Source: Alphaproteobacteria bacterium (lineage in GTDB: Bacteria > Pseudomonadota > Alphaproteobacteria > Puniceispirillales > Puniceispirillaceae). From it: a stretch of 64,000 nucleotides of DNA. The notes beneath the pieces are model-generated. The model made no database searches. It was given only the letters and a program-made list of their open reading frames with translations, and had not been told where the DNA came from. Shown here in pieces: positions 53,225 to 63,577 of this stretch. How positions within the stretch are numbered: position 1 is the stretch's first letter; every line of letters starts with the position of its first letter. Where the stretch lies: assembly GCA_038144055.1 (NCBI GenBank), contig JAYQNB010000003.1:1269-65268 (forward strand). The letters are read 5' to 3'. The position numbers were made by a program, and so were the translations under genes.

Positions 53225-54053
53225 TCAGTCAATCTCCTCAAACAGCTCGTCAAGCAAGGCGTCAGCCTCGTTGCCATCCATCTTTATCCGCTTCATGGCC
53301 TTTTGCTGCAGGTTCATGTCGAACTGAAGCTTGCGGCCAGCCTCGGTCATCTGAACCTGGCCCGCATCATCAACTTCGGCCAGACCCGACTTTGATGATG
53401 GTCTCTGCTTCAGCTTGCATCGAGACATTCAGTTCCGAGCAAAGCGAGACATACACCTTGAAATCGTCAAGACCGAAAGCCGGCATCGACCTTCTGGAAG
53501 TGGGACAGCGCCTCGAGCATCCGCTGCGAGGTTAGCTCCTTCTGCTTGATCTGCAGGTCCAGCATATGAGCGATGCTGCTGGTGATTTTCTTCATTTGCA
53601 TGATTTGCTCATCATTCAAACCTTTCGGACCACTGAAATTCATCATGCACAGTGTGCCAAGGGCAAAATTCTCGCTGTTGATCACCGGGAAGCCGGCATA
53701 GCCGGGCCCTTCTCCATTCTTTCAGACAGGATGATCCTGCCAGGTTGGATCTTTTTCATGTCCTCCATGAGAAGCGGTTCGGTATCTAGCAGCACATAGG
53801 AACAGACATTCAGCTCGCCGCGCTCAGGTCTTCGTGCCTGGTGTGAAATCTTCGCGTCCGGCGCCAGCGATGGAACATTGCATTTCGCCATCATAAAGGC
53901 TGAAGGTTGCGGTTTCAAAACCAGTGATGTCCTTTGCCAGATCACAGTAAATCTGGAATAGATCAGGATTGGGCGCATCGATGAGCCCGGTTTTCACGAC
54001 CGTCTGCGCACGCAGTTCCTCGTTAGCGGGACGGGGGCAAGGCCCATATTCAT
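53225..54053 (-). CDS. GAF-domain protein with C-terminal winged-helix-like region, copy 2 (several frameshifts)
   Basis: GGAGG RBS; MNMGLAPVP/NEELRAQTVVKTGLID, VCSYVLL, YAGFPV, GTLCMM, ELTSQRML, GLAEVD..QMTEAG; joins four ORF fragments. Confidence 0.82.
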
Positions 54054-54149
54054 GATGTACCTCCAATCATTAACCGTCGTAACTGAATACGACCAAAGGG
54101 CTTGTCGAGGTATTCGGTGCCAGCTATTTCTGCAATCCGGCACCTTTCA

Positions 54150-54179
54150 ATCTTGAAGTGCAAGGCGGATCAATGTCAA
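54150..54179 (-). promoter_or_regulatory. Putative sigma70 promoter for the GAF cluster
   Basis: Minus strand TTGACA-N18-CAAGAT; the -10 region overlaps the inverted repeat TTCAA-TC-TTGAA (54146-54157). Confidence 0.45.
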
Positions 54180-54242
54180 TTGTGATTCGAGGCTGCGGGC
54201 AGCCATGCGGCAAAACGGCCGCGGAATGCGGGAGGAAAACCG

Positions 54243-55234
54243 GTGACAATTTCAGATGCTGACCAGTTGCCTGCCCTGGCCGATCTGGCCAAATCGGCTC
54301 TCACGCTCTGGGATGTGCCGGAGGGCGCGCGGTTGCGGCTGATCAACCTGTCGGAGAACGCCACCTATCTTGTTGAGGCGGCTGGCGGGTGCCGGTCGGT
54401 TCTGCGGCTTCACCGCGAAGGCTATCATTCGCGCCGCGCTGTAGAGTGCGAGCTTGCCTGGATGACGGCGCTGGACAGCAGCGGCGGAGTGGCCACGCCG
54501 CGTGCGATCGCCGGACGTGATGGGCAACTTATCCAGAGCCATGGAACTGCCGCTCTGTCGCCGCGCCATCTGGTCATGTTCGAATGGCTGGAAGGCGCCG
54601 AGCCTGATCCCGATGATGATCTGGTGGAACCGTTCCGGCAGCTCGGCGGGATTGCCGCGCGGGCCCATCTTCATGTCACCGGCTGGCAGCTTCCCGACGG
54701 TTTTGAGCGGCTTGTCTGGGATGACGCGTCGGTCTTCGGGCCGTCGCCGAACTGGGGAGACTGGCGCGACGGGCCGGGGTTGATGCCCGGGTGCGCGAGG
54801 TTCTGGAAGCCGCCGAGACGCTTGTCCGTAACAGGCTTGCGGCCTATGGGCGCGGGGCGGCCAGATACGGCCTCATCCATGCCGACATGCGCCTTGCCAA
54901 CCTTTTGATCGACGGTGGTGACACAAGGCTGATCGATTTCGATGACTGTGGTTTTGGCTGGTTCATGTATGATTTTGCTGCCGGCATCAGTTTCATGGAA
55001 GAGCATCCGCAGGTGCCGGCGCTGCGCGAAGCCTGGCTTGACGGCTATCGTGCGGTGAGGCCGCTCGACCGGGAGGACGAGGTGGAAATCGACAGTTTCA
55101 TCATGCTTCGCCGCATGGCGCTTCTTGCCTGGACCGGGTCGCATTCCGGCACTGATCTTGCGCGCTCGCAGGCACCTCATTTCGCCGCCGGTACCGCCCG
55201 GCTTGCCGAGGCCTATCTGGCACGGTTCGCCTGA
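54243..55234 (+). CDS. APH/type II homoserine kinase-like phosphotransferase (frameshift near 54785)
   Basis: INLSENATY, VLRLHR, HADMRLANLL, IDFDDCG. Confidence 0.88.
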
Positions 55235-56133
55235 TGGCGGGTGTCAGGCTGACATCTGACGAGATTCGCGGGCATTTTGCGATGCTCGGATTTTCCGCGC
55301 TGGTGGCCGGGTCCTTCAGCCTTGGTGCCATCGTCGCCAATGATATCGCCCCGCAGGCGATCACAGCGGCGCGCTTTGTTTTTGCCACCATCGTCATGGG
55401 CATGGTCGCCGCGCTGCAGCGCGATCTGAGGCCTGAATATCTGAGCCAGCCATGGCGCTATTTCGTTCTTGGTGGTCTGTTCACCTTCTATTTTGTGCTG
55501 ATGTTCGAAGGGCTGAAGACGGCGAACCCGGTGTCGGCGGCCGCTGTCTTCACGCTGATGCCGCTAATGTCGGCGGTGTTTGGCTGGTGGCTGCTTCGTC
55601 AGGTCACGACCAGCCGCATGGCGCTGGCGCTCGGCATTGCTGCCTGCGGCGCACTCTGGGTGATCTTTCGCGGCGACTTCGCGGCGATGATGGCTTTTGA
55701 TATCGGGCGCGGCGAGATGATCTATTTCCTCGGCTGTATCGCTCATGCGCTCTACACGCCGATGGTGCGCAAGCTGAACCGGGGCGAGGGGGCGGCTGTC
55801 TTCACCTTCGGGATGCTGGTTGCCGGCTCGCTCATCCTCATAGTTGTCGGCTTTGACGATATCCGGTCTACCGACTGGCTGGCCCTTCCTGCCATGGTGT
55901 GGATCACCATTGGCTATCTGACACTGTTTTCGACGGCGTCATCCTTTTTCCTGCTGCAATATGCGACGCTGCGCCTGCCGAGCGCCAAGGTGATGGCTTA
56001 TTCCTATCTGACCCCGGCCTGGGTGATGCTCTGGGAAATCGGGTTTGGCAGCCTGCTGCCGCCTGCGCCTGTGTTACTGGGCATCGGGGCGACGGTGATT
56101 GCGCTGCTGATGCTGCTTCGCAACGAAAGCTAG
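55234..56133 (+). CDS. DMT/EamA-family transporter
   Basis: About 10 hydrophobic segments with duplicated EamA pattern. Confidence 0.88.
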   Translation: MAGVRLTSDEIRGHFAMLGFSALVAGSFSLGAIVANDIAPQAITAARFVFATIVMGMVAALQRDLRPEYLSQPWRYFVLGGLFTFYFVLMFEGLKTANPVSAAAVFTLMPLMSAVFGWWLLRQVTTSRMALALGIAACGALWVIFRGDFAAMMAFDIGRGEMIYFLGCIAHALYTPMVRKLNRGEGAAVFTFGMLVAGSLILIVVGFDDIRSTDWLALPAMVWITIGYLTLFSTASSFFLLQYATLRLPSAKVMAYSYLTPAWVMLWEIGFGSLLPPAPVLLGIGATVIALLMLLRNES

Positions 56134-56208
56134 GCTGACAAAAGGCTTGTCGCCTGCGTGGCAAGCCGCAATGCTGAAGCTGTTGACGTTTTCCGAGGAC
56201 CAGCCTGC

Positions 56209-57762
56209 ATGGCCGACAGCCCGCCAGACACCCGCCAGCGCCGAAGACGCCGTGCCCAGCCTGCCGCTGGCGCAGAAGCTGTGCTCGCCCCGGTCGGTGG
56301 CCGTCTGGCGTTGCTTGGTGATGGCGAGCTCGACCTGATCCATGATGCCGCCCTTGCCATTCTGGCCGATACCGGCCTCGCCGACCCGACGGAAGAGGCG
56401 ACGGATCTGGTTCTGGGTGCCGGCGGCAGCCTGTCGCCGGACGGCAGGCTGCTGTTCCCGCCGTCCCTTGTCGAGCGCGTGATCGACAGCCTGCCCGGCC
56501 GGATCACCCTGTGCGGCCGTCGGCCGGGGACCGACCTCGTCCTTGGTGGGGCAGCCGTGCATCTGGGCAGCGGCGGGGCCTCGCCACAGATTCTCGATCT
56601 CGATACCGGACGCTATCGCGACTCGGTTCTTGCCGATATTCACGCCGCTGCCCGCATCGTCGAGCAGATGGACCATATCCATTTCTTCAGCCGCCCTATG
56701 GTGGCGCGGGATATCGAGGATCCGGCGGCGATGGAGTTGAACACGGCATGGGCCTGCCTTGCCGGCACGTCAAAACATGTGATGGTCAGTGCCTCGTCGG
56801 TGGATTCGGTCGATGCCATTGCGGCGCTGGCACACCGCATCGCTGGTTCTGAAGCCGCTTTCCGCGAGCGGCCTTTTCTGTCGCTCAATGTCAATCATGT
56901 GGTTCCGCCGCTGCGTTTTGATCCTGATTCGGTGGATGTGCTGATCCATGCGGCACGGCGCGGCATTCCGGTGATGGTGAACACCTTCGGCCAGCTTGGC
57001 GCCTCGAGCCCGGTGACAATCGCCGGCTGTGTGGCCCAGACCACGGCCGAGACGCTTGCCGGCATGGTGCTGGCCTGGCTGGCCGCGCCGGATGTGCGCG
57101 CCATTTTCGGGCCACGGCCGATGGTCACCGATCTTCGTACTGGCGCGATGGCAGGCGGCGGCGGCGAGCAGGCGAAGCTGACAGCCGCCGCGATCCAGAT
57201 GGCGCGCCGTTACGGGCTGCCAAGTTCGACCATCGCCGGGGCCAGTGATTCGAAATGGCCGGACGCGCAGGCCGGACACGAGAAATGCCTGTCGGTGACG
57301 CTGGCCTTGCAGGCCGGCGCAGATTTCGTGACGCAGGCCGCAGGTACACAGGCAAGCCTGATGGCGACGGCGCTGGAATCCTATGTCATCGACAATGATA
57401 TGCTTGGCAGCATCCTGAGCGCGCATACCGCCATCGAAGTGTCGGAGGCGACCCTTGATCCGGCGGCGATCCATGCGGCGGCAACCGGCGCCGGGCATTT
57501 CCTTGGCGAGGCCGAGACGCTGGCGCGGATGAATAGCGATTTCCTCTATCCGCAGATTGGCGACAGGCGCACTATCGGGGAATGGCAAGATGACGGCGCC
57601 GCCGACAGCTGGAAACGGGCGCATGTCCGGGTGCGCGAAATCCTGGCATCGCCGCCGCCGTCCATCATTGATGCAGCGCTGGCAGCGCAGCTTGAAACAG
57701 AATTCGACCTTCGCCGCCTGTCCGGCGAAATGACCGCGGCACAGGAGAGCCAAGATGTCTGA
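56209..57762 (+). CDS. Trimethylamine methyltransferase (MttB) superfamily protein, non-pyrrolysine
   Basis: PPLRFD, GASSPVTIAG, ETLAG, DLRTGA, SDSKWPDAQAGHEK, VIDNDM, GHFLG; no in-frame TAG. Confidence 0.9.
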   Translation: MADSPPDTRQRRRRRAQPAAGAEAVLAPVGGRLALLGDGELDLIHDAALAILADTGLADPTEEATDLVLGAGGSLSPDGRLLFPPSLVERVIDSLPGRITLCGRRPGTDLVLGGAAVHLGSGGASPQILDLDTGRYRDSVLADIHAAARIVEQMDHIHFFSRPMVARDIEDPAAMELNTAWACLAGTSKHVMVSASSVDSVDAIAALAHRIAGSEAAFRERPFLSLNVNHVVPPLRFDPDSVDVLIHAARRGIPVMVNTFGQLGASSPVTIAGCVAQTTAETLAGMVLAWLAAPDVRAIFGPRPMVTDLRTGAMAGGGGEQAKLTAAAIQMARRYGLPSSTIAGASDSKWPDAQAGHEKCLSVTLALQAGADFVTQAAGTQASLMATALESYVIDNDMLGSILSAHTAIEVSEATLDPAAIHAAATGAGHFLGEAETLARMNSDFLYPQIGDRRTIGEWQDDGAADSWKRAHVRVREILASPPPSIIDAALAAQLETEFDLRRLSGEMTAAQESQDV

Positions 57763-58730
57763 CGACCAGTTTTTCATTCCCGTATCGGCGATGGAGATGC
57801 CACGTTTTGCCGGCATGCCAAGCTTCATGCGCCTGCCGCATCTGGAGATGAGCTCGCCGCGCATTGACGAAGTGGAGATGGGGCTTGTCGGCGTGCCCTG
57901 GGATGCCGGCACCACCAACAGGCCGGGCCCGCGCCACGGGCCGCGCCAGCTGCGCGACCTGTCGACGATGATCCGGGCGATGAACCCGGTTACCGGCGTG
58001 AACCCGTTCACCATGGTGAATTGTGCTGATCTGGGTGATGTCGGGCCGAACCCCATCGACCTTGATGACAGCATGGCGCGAATTGCCGAATTCTATGCCG
58101 GGCTGCGGGAACGTGGCATCACCCCGATGACGGCCGGTGGCGACCATCTTGTCTCGCTTCCGGTGCTGCGCGGCCTTGCCGCCGAGGGGCCGATCGGCAT
58201 GATCCATTTCGATGCCCATACCGACCTGTTTGACAGCTATTTCGGCGGGTTCCGCTATACCCATGGAACACCGTTCCGGCGCGCCATCGAAGAAGGGCTT
58301 CTCGACCCGAAACGGGTGGTGCAGATCGGCATTCGGGGCACCGCCTATAATACCGAGGATGTGGACTGGGATCGAGCAGGGGGTGCGGATCATCCGTATC
58401 GAGGAGCTGTTCGACCGCGGCATTCCGGCGGTGATGGAAGAGGCGCGCGCCATTGTCGGCTCGCAGCCGACCTATTGTTCCTATGATATCGATTTCATCG
58501 ATCCGAGCTTTGCGCCCGGCACCGGCACGCCGGAAATCGGCGGGGTGAATTCGTTTCAGGCGCAGCAGGTGGTGCGCGAACTGTCCGGCGTGAATCTCGT
58601 CGGGGCTGATCTTGTCGAGGTCTCGCCGCCGTTCGATGCGGCTGGCGGCACCGCCTGGCTGGGCGTGTCGATCATGTTCGAGATCATGTGCGTTCTTGCC
58701 GAGGCGATTGCGGCACGGCGGGACGGCTAG
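57755..58730 (+). CDS. speB: Ureohydrolase (agmatinase/guanidinopropionase-like; frameshift near 58370)
   Basis: PRFAG, GVPWDAGTTNRPG, GGDH, FDAHTD, THGTPFRRA, YDIDFIDP, APGTGTPE, VEVSPP. Confidence 0.88.
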
Positions 58731-58753
58731 ACGGTCAGTCAGCAGTCGGGCGC

Positions 58754-59600
58754 TTAGCCCCGCTCCATCTCGTCCCACATCTCCATCACCCAGCGGCGGA
58801 TGGTCAGCGCCTCGTCCCAGCGGCTGGACATTTCGCGGCCGTCAGGTCCGGTCATCGCATATTCCGGCGGGCCGAGCTCGCACAGGAAGATGCAATCGCC
58901 CTCGTCATTGCGCGCGCGCCAGCTTTCCAGCCCGTCGCGCCACCAGCCACGGAACAGCTCGACCCATTTGGCGTGCTGCGGGAAATCCAGCTGCAGCTGT
59001 ATCTGCTGACGGCTTGCGACCCGTCCCTGAAAACTGTCGGACCGGTCGATGATTCGCTGGATCAGCCCCTGGTCGCGATGGTCCAGCGGCAGCTTGAACT
59101 CCCGGTCGACGACGAAATGCGAGAGATCGGCGCAGAGCCGCATTTCCGGCACGGCGTCGATCAGGCACAGCGTGGCGTAAAGGTCGTTGGTGATGCAGTT
59201 GCGGTGGGTCTCGAACTGGATCGGCATGCCAATCTCGTCTGACATGTCGATCCACTTGCGGATCACCGGGATCATTCCGTCGACGCTCAGCGGCATGACC
59301 TGGCCGATCACATCGACAAAGGGCGCGCCGAAATCCTTGGCCATGATCAGCGTCTCGCGAAGCGGATTCAATCGTCTTTGGAAAGGCGACGATCAGCGGC
59401 GTCAGGCCGTTGCGTTCCATATGCGGGCGCACTTCGCGGGCCTGCGCCACATCGCCGGCGCCAAGGTCGATGGCCATGCCGTCATAGCCGGCACCGGCGA
59501 CCATTTCGCAGATGGCGTCATAGGGCAGGGTTTCGCCGCTGTCGTCATGCGGCATCATCGCCCATAGCGAGGTGTAGGTCTGCAGCCGGCGCGCGGCCAT
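58754..59600 (-). CDS. Xylose-isomerase-like TIM-barrel protein (frameshift near 59365)
   Basis: AGYDG, FETHRN, ADLSHF, CELGPPEYA. Confidence 0.78.
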
Positions 59601-59604
59601 CGGG

Positions 59605-60591
59605 CTAGGCCTCCAGCCTGACCTGGCGGCCGCCCTTGGCCGGCACGATCCAGACATCATCCATCGGCCACTGGCTCTCGTCCTTCTGCATCAGCCGCTT
59701 CATCACCTCGACCTGGAACTCGATCCAGCCCATACGGTGCACTTCACCGGCGGCGTTCTCGATCTTGTCGTTCAGCTTGCGAAGCTGCCAGAAGGGCACC
59801 GACGGATAGCTGTGGTGGGCGGTGTGATAGGGCATCTGCCAGCACAGCCAGCGCATCAGCGCATTGGTGCGGGTCGACCGTGTGTTGTTCAGAATGTCGC
59901 TTTCATGCGTCAGGCCGAGATGCTCGATGGTGTTCTGCATCTGGTGGACCGGCTTGGTCAGCACCATCGGCAGAAGCCAGAAGGTCACGGCGGCCCAGCT
60001 CTGGAAATAGACCGACGCTGCGGCGATCACCAGATAGCCGAGAATATGAAGGCGGGATTCACGGATGATCTTCGCCTCCAGCGCTTTGCTGATATAGGGC
60101 TCGATGATGATGCCACGGGCGCGGCGGACAAGGCCGTCGACGCGGTTGTACCAGTAGGTGAAACCCCAGAAATAGAGAAGGTAGCTTTTCAGCGTGTAGG
60201 GCGCGCGGGTCAACTCGCCATCGCGCTCCCATTGCGCGGTCCAGCGGTGGTGCGCCTGATGCATCGCCATGTCATAGTCACGCGGGAACATCATCGCGAA
60301 ACCGACAGTGCGGCCGAACAGCTCGTTCAGATAACGGGTCTTGAAAACTGTCCAGTGCGACAGCTCGTGCTGCGCGGCATACAGGAAGTTCACGGTGACA
60401 CCAAGGCAGAACCCGGTGGCGATCACCCACCAGCTTCCCATGGCCAGATAATGCAGATAGCCAAGCACCAGAATCGCACCGACATGGCTGCCAAGCTGCA
60501 GCGCGCCGGCAAGGTCCGACTTGGTGTTCAGTTCCTTGAGCTCGGCTCCGCTCAGAAGTTTGCGCGTGGAAAAGCTCTCTTCCATGTTCAT
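59605..60591 (-). CDS. Fatty acid desaturase-superfamily di-iron membrane enzyme (MocD-like)
   Basis: His boxes HELSH, HQAHH, YHTAHH; IEHLG, NTRS. Confidence 0.88.
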   Translation of the reverse strand: MNMEESFSTRKLLSGAELKELNTKSDLAGALQLGSHVGAILVLGYLHYLAMGSWWVIATGFCLGVTVNFLYAAQHELSHWTVFKTRYLNELFGRTVGFAMMFPRDYDMAMHQAHHRWTAQWERDGELTRAPYTLKSYLLYFWGFTYWYNRVDGLVRRARGIIIEPYISKALEAKIIRESRLHILGYLVIAAASVYFQSWAAVTFWLLPMVLTKPVHQMQNTIEHLGLTHESDILNNTRSTRTNALMRWLCWQMPYHTAHHSYPSVPFWQLRKLNDKIENAAGEVHRMGWIEFQVEVMKRLMQKDESQWPMDDVWIVPAKGGRQVRLEA

Positions 60592-60709
60592 ACCCTCTTC
60601 ATCAAGCATTTGGCGGGCAGCAATTGCCACCCGTATTAGCGCCCCCAGACTGATCACCCTAGATTTCCATGCCTCCGGCCGCGATGCGGCCGGACGTCAC
60701 ATCCTCAGC

Positions 60710-62365
60710 CTACATCTTGCTGACGGCGGCGTCGCCAAGATTTTCCGCGCCGCGCTGTGCAAGCAATTCGTCCAGCCAGTCAGGGTTCATTTCCGGCACC
60801 GAGCTCAGCAGCAGGTCGGTATAGGCATGGTGCGGCGGGGTAAACATCTCGTCCTTTGGTCCGGCCTCGACAATCAGCCCGTCCTTCATCACCACCACCT
60901 CGTCGGCGATGGCGCGCACCGTCGAAAGGTCATGGGTGATCAGCATGTAGGACAGCTTCATTTCTTCCTGCAGGCGGGTCAGAAGCTTCAGGATGCCTTC
61001 GGCCACCAGCTGGTCGAGCGCCGAGGTCACCTCGTCGCAGATGATGAATTTCGGTTCCGCCGCCAGCGCGCGGGCGATTCCGATCCGCTGTTTCTGGCCA
61101 CCGGAGAGCTCCGAGGGCAGGCGGTTGATATATTCCTTCGGGTCCATCTCGATCAGCTCGAGAAGCTCTTCCACCCGGCGGCGCTTTTCGGCGCCCTTGA
61201 GCCCCAGATAGAATTCGACGGGACGTCCGATGATCTCGCCGATCCGCTTGCGCGGGTTCAGCGCGGTATCGGCCATCTGGTAAATCATCTGGACCTGGCG
61301 GAGCTGGTCGACGCTGCGCTTGCGGTAATCGGCCGGAAGAACCTGGTTCTGGAAGGCGATCTCGCCGGTCTTTGGCGGCAGCAGGCCGGTGATGCAGCGT
61401 GCCGTGGTCGATTTGCCGGAACCCGACTCGCCAACAACGGCGACGGTACGGCCCTCATGGATGTCGAAACTGACATCGCGCACAACCGGATCGTTACTGC
61501 CATAGGCGGCCGTCACATTGCGAAGGCTGATGACAGGCACCGCGCCTTTCTTGGCAAGCGGCTTTTGCGGCCGCTGGAAGCTGCGAACCGCCCAGAGCGA
61601 CTTGGTGTAGTCCTCGCGCGGGGCGTCCAGCATGGTGCGTGTGTCGGCCTCTTCCACCTCGTCACCGCGAAGCAGCACCTTCACCCGGTCGGCCATTTGC
61701 GCGACAACGGCAAGGTCGTGGGTGATATAGATGGCGGCTGTCTGGAACTGCTCGACAATCTCGCGAATGGCGACAAGCACCTCGATCTGGGTCGTCACAT
61801 CCAGCGCCGTGGTCGGCTCGTCGAAAATGATCAGGTCCGGACGGCAGGACATCGCCATTGCCGTCATCGCCCGCTGCAGCTGGCCGCCCGACACCTGATG
61901 CGGGTAGCGGAAGCCGATTTCATCCGGGTTGGGAAGACGCAGCCGCTCATACAGGTCGATGGCGTCGGCCTCGGCCTCGGTGCGATTGGAAACGCCGTGG
62001 CAGAGCGGTGCCTCGGCATGCTGGTTGATGATCTTGTGGGCCGGGTTGAAGCTTGCCGCCGCGGACTGCGCGACATAGGCAATCCGTTTGCCGAGAAGCT
62101 GGCGCTTTACATCCGGGGTCGCCGAAACGAGGTCGATCCCGTCGAACATGATGTTGCCGCCGACAATTTCGCAGCCGTCACGTGTAAATCCCATGGTGGC
62201 AAGCCCGAGCGTGGATTTGCCGGCACCTGATTCACCGATCAGCCCCATCACCTCGCCCCGGTTCAACTCGAGGCTGACGTTGTTGATGATGCGGGTGCGG
62301 GTCTCGTCGGCGATGCCGTCGATTTCCAGATTGCTGATCTTGACCAGCGGTTCGGTCGCGGACAT
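60710..62365 (-). CDS. Dpp/Opp-type ABC transporter fused dual ATP-binding protein
   Basis: GESGAGKST and GESGSGKST; VSGGQLQR; LSGGQKQR. Confidence 0.93.
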   Translation of the reverse strand: MSATEPLVKISNLEIDGIADETRTRIINNVSLELNRGEVMGLIGESGAGKSTLGLATMGFTRDGCEIVGGNIMFDGIDLVSATPDVKRQLLGKRIAYVAQSAAASFNPAHKIINQHAEAPLCHGVSNRTEAEADAIDLYERLRLPNPDEIGFRYPHQVSGGQLQRAMTAMAMSCRPDLIIFDEPTTALDVTTQIEVLVAIREIVEQFQTAAIYITHDLAVVAQMADRVKVLLRGDEVEEADTRTMLDAPREDYTKSLWAVRSFQRPQKPLAKKGAVPVISLRNVTAAYGSNDPVVRDVSFDIHEGRTVAVVGESGSGKSTTARCITGLLPPKTGEIAFQNQVLPADYRKRSVDQLRQVQMIYQMADTALNPRKRIGEIIGRPVEFYLGLKGAEKRRRVEELLELIEMDPKEYINRLPSELSGGQKQRIGIARALAAEPKFIICDEVTSALDQLVAEGILKLLTRLQEEMKLSYMLITHDLSTVRAIADEVVVMKDGLIVEAGPKDEMFTPPHHAYTDLLLSSVPEMNPDWLDELLAQRGAENLGDAAVSKM

Positions 62366-62370
62366 GGCGT

Positions 62371-63558
62371 CTACTCCTTCAGACCGGACGCGCGGTGCAG
62401 CATCCAGTCGACGACAAAGTTCACCGCCACGGTCAGCAGCGCGATGGCGCCGGCCGCCATCAGCGGCAGCGATGCCGTCAGCGGCCCGACCACCGGGAAG
62501 GGCGCATAGGCAATGAACTGGGACAGGTCACGGACCATCGTGCCCCAGTCTGCGAGCGGCGGCTGGATCCCGATACCGAGGAATGACAGCGATGCGATCG
62601 TCAGGAAGACGAAGCAGAAGCGAAGGCCGAATTCGGCCAGCAGCGGCGCGAACGCGTTCGGCGCAATCTCGCTGAAGATAAGGATAGGACAGTTTCTCGC
62701 CGCGCAGTTTCGCCGCCTCGAAAAAATCCATCACCACGATATTCATGCCGACAGCCCGCGACAGGCGGAACACCCGGGTGGAGTCCAGCACCGCAATGAT
62801 CAGGATCATGAACAGTGTGACCATGCCCTTTTCCGAGCCGAACCAGGCAGTGGCGATGGTCATCAGCAGCAGCGCGAAGATCAGCTGCGGGATCGACATC
62901 AGCATATCGACGATACGCGAAAGAACCTGGTCCAGTGCACCGCCGATGGTGGCGGCGAGGAAGCCGAGGCTGATGCCGATGAAAAAGGCGAGAAGTGTGG
63001 TCACAAAGGCGATGCCGACGGTGTTCTGGGCGCCATAGATCAGGCGCGAGAGAATATCGCGGCCGATCTGGTCGGTGCCGAGAAGATGATCTGGGCTGCC
63101 GCCCATGCCCGGGTCGCCCCGGGAAGAAGGTTGGCGTCCTTGAAAATCTCGGCCTGGCCATAGGGTGCGATGAAATCGGCGAAGATCGCGACAAAGGCAT
63201 AGGGTCAGGATCAGCAGAATGCCGAGCGCCGCCGTAACCGGCATCGAGCGGAACAGCTTCTTTGTTGCCCGCGTGCCGACATGCCGACCCAGCTGCTGGA
63301 ACAGGTAGCCTGCGATGCCGAAGCCGACGATGCCGTGAACCGCCCATTTGAAGAAGGTGGCGCCCGGCCCGAAATAGAGTGAAAGCCCTGATAAAGCGTC
63401 ACCACCAGCAGGCTGTATCCGAGCGCGCCAGTGGCGGACATGTCGCGAAGCCGCGCCACACCGCTGGCGTTGCCGACCTGGCGGCCACCGAAATACAGCG
63501 CCAGCGCGCCGGCGACGACCAGGGCGGACCAGTAAGTGAAGGACAGGCTCGGCATCAT
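62371..63558 (-). CDS. Dpp/Opp-type ABC permease (DppC-like, N-terminal extension; frameshifts)
   Basis: LGTDQIGRDILSRLIYG, FFEAAKLRGE; ends HRASGLKE*. Confidence 0.85.
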
Positions 63559-63577
63559 CTTGTCACTACTCTGCGGT

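Noticed and set aside
50721-54053. GAF proteins as phytochrome or cyanobacteriochrome photoreceptors
   Set aside because: No DIP/PASDIP or CH bilin motif. The shared FC/VC and GTLC cysteines are common in ordinary GAF domains, and no heme oxygenase gene is nearby.
49578-54200. GAF cluster as a mobile element or toxin-antitoxin pairs
   Set aside because: No integrase, transposase, tRNA or flanking repeats were seen, and no toxin motifs (PIN, RelE, HEPN, Fic) were recognised in the small proteins.
56209-57762. Pyrrolysine-containing MttB
   Set aside because: The ORF is continuous with no in-frame TAG, and no pyl genes are present.
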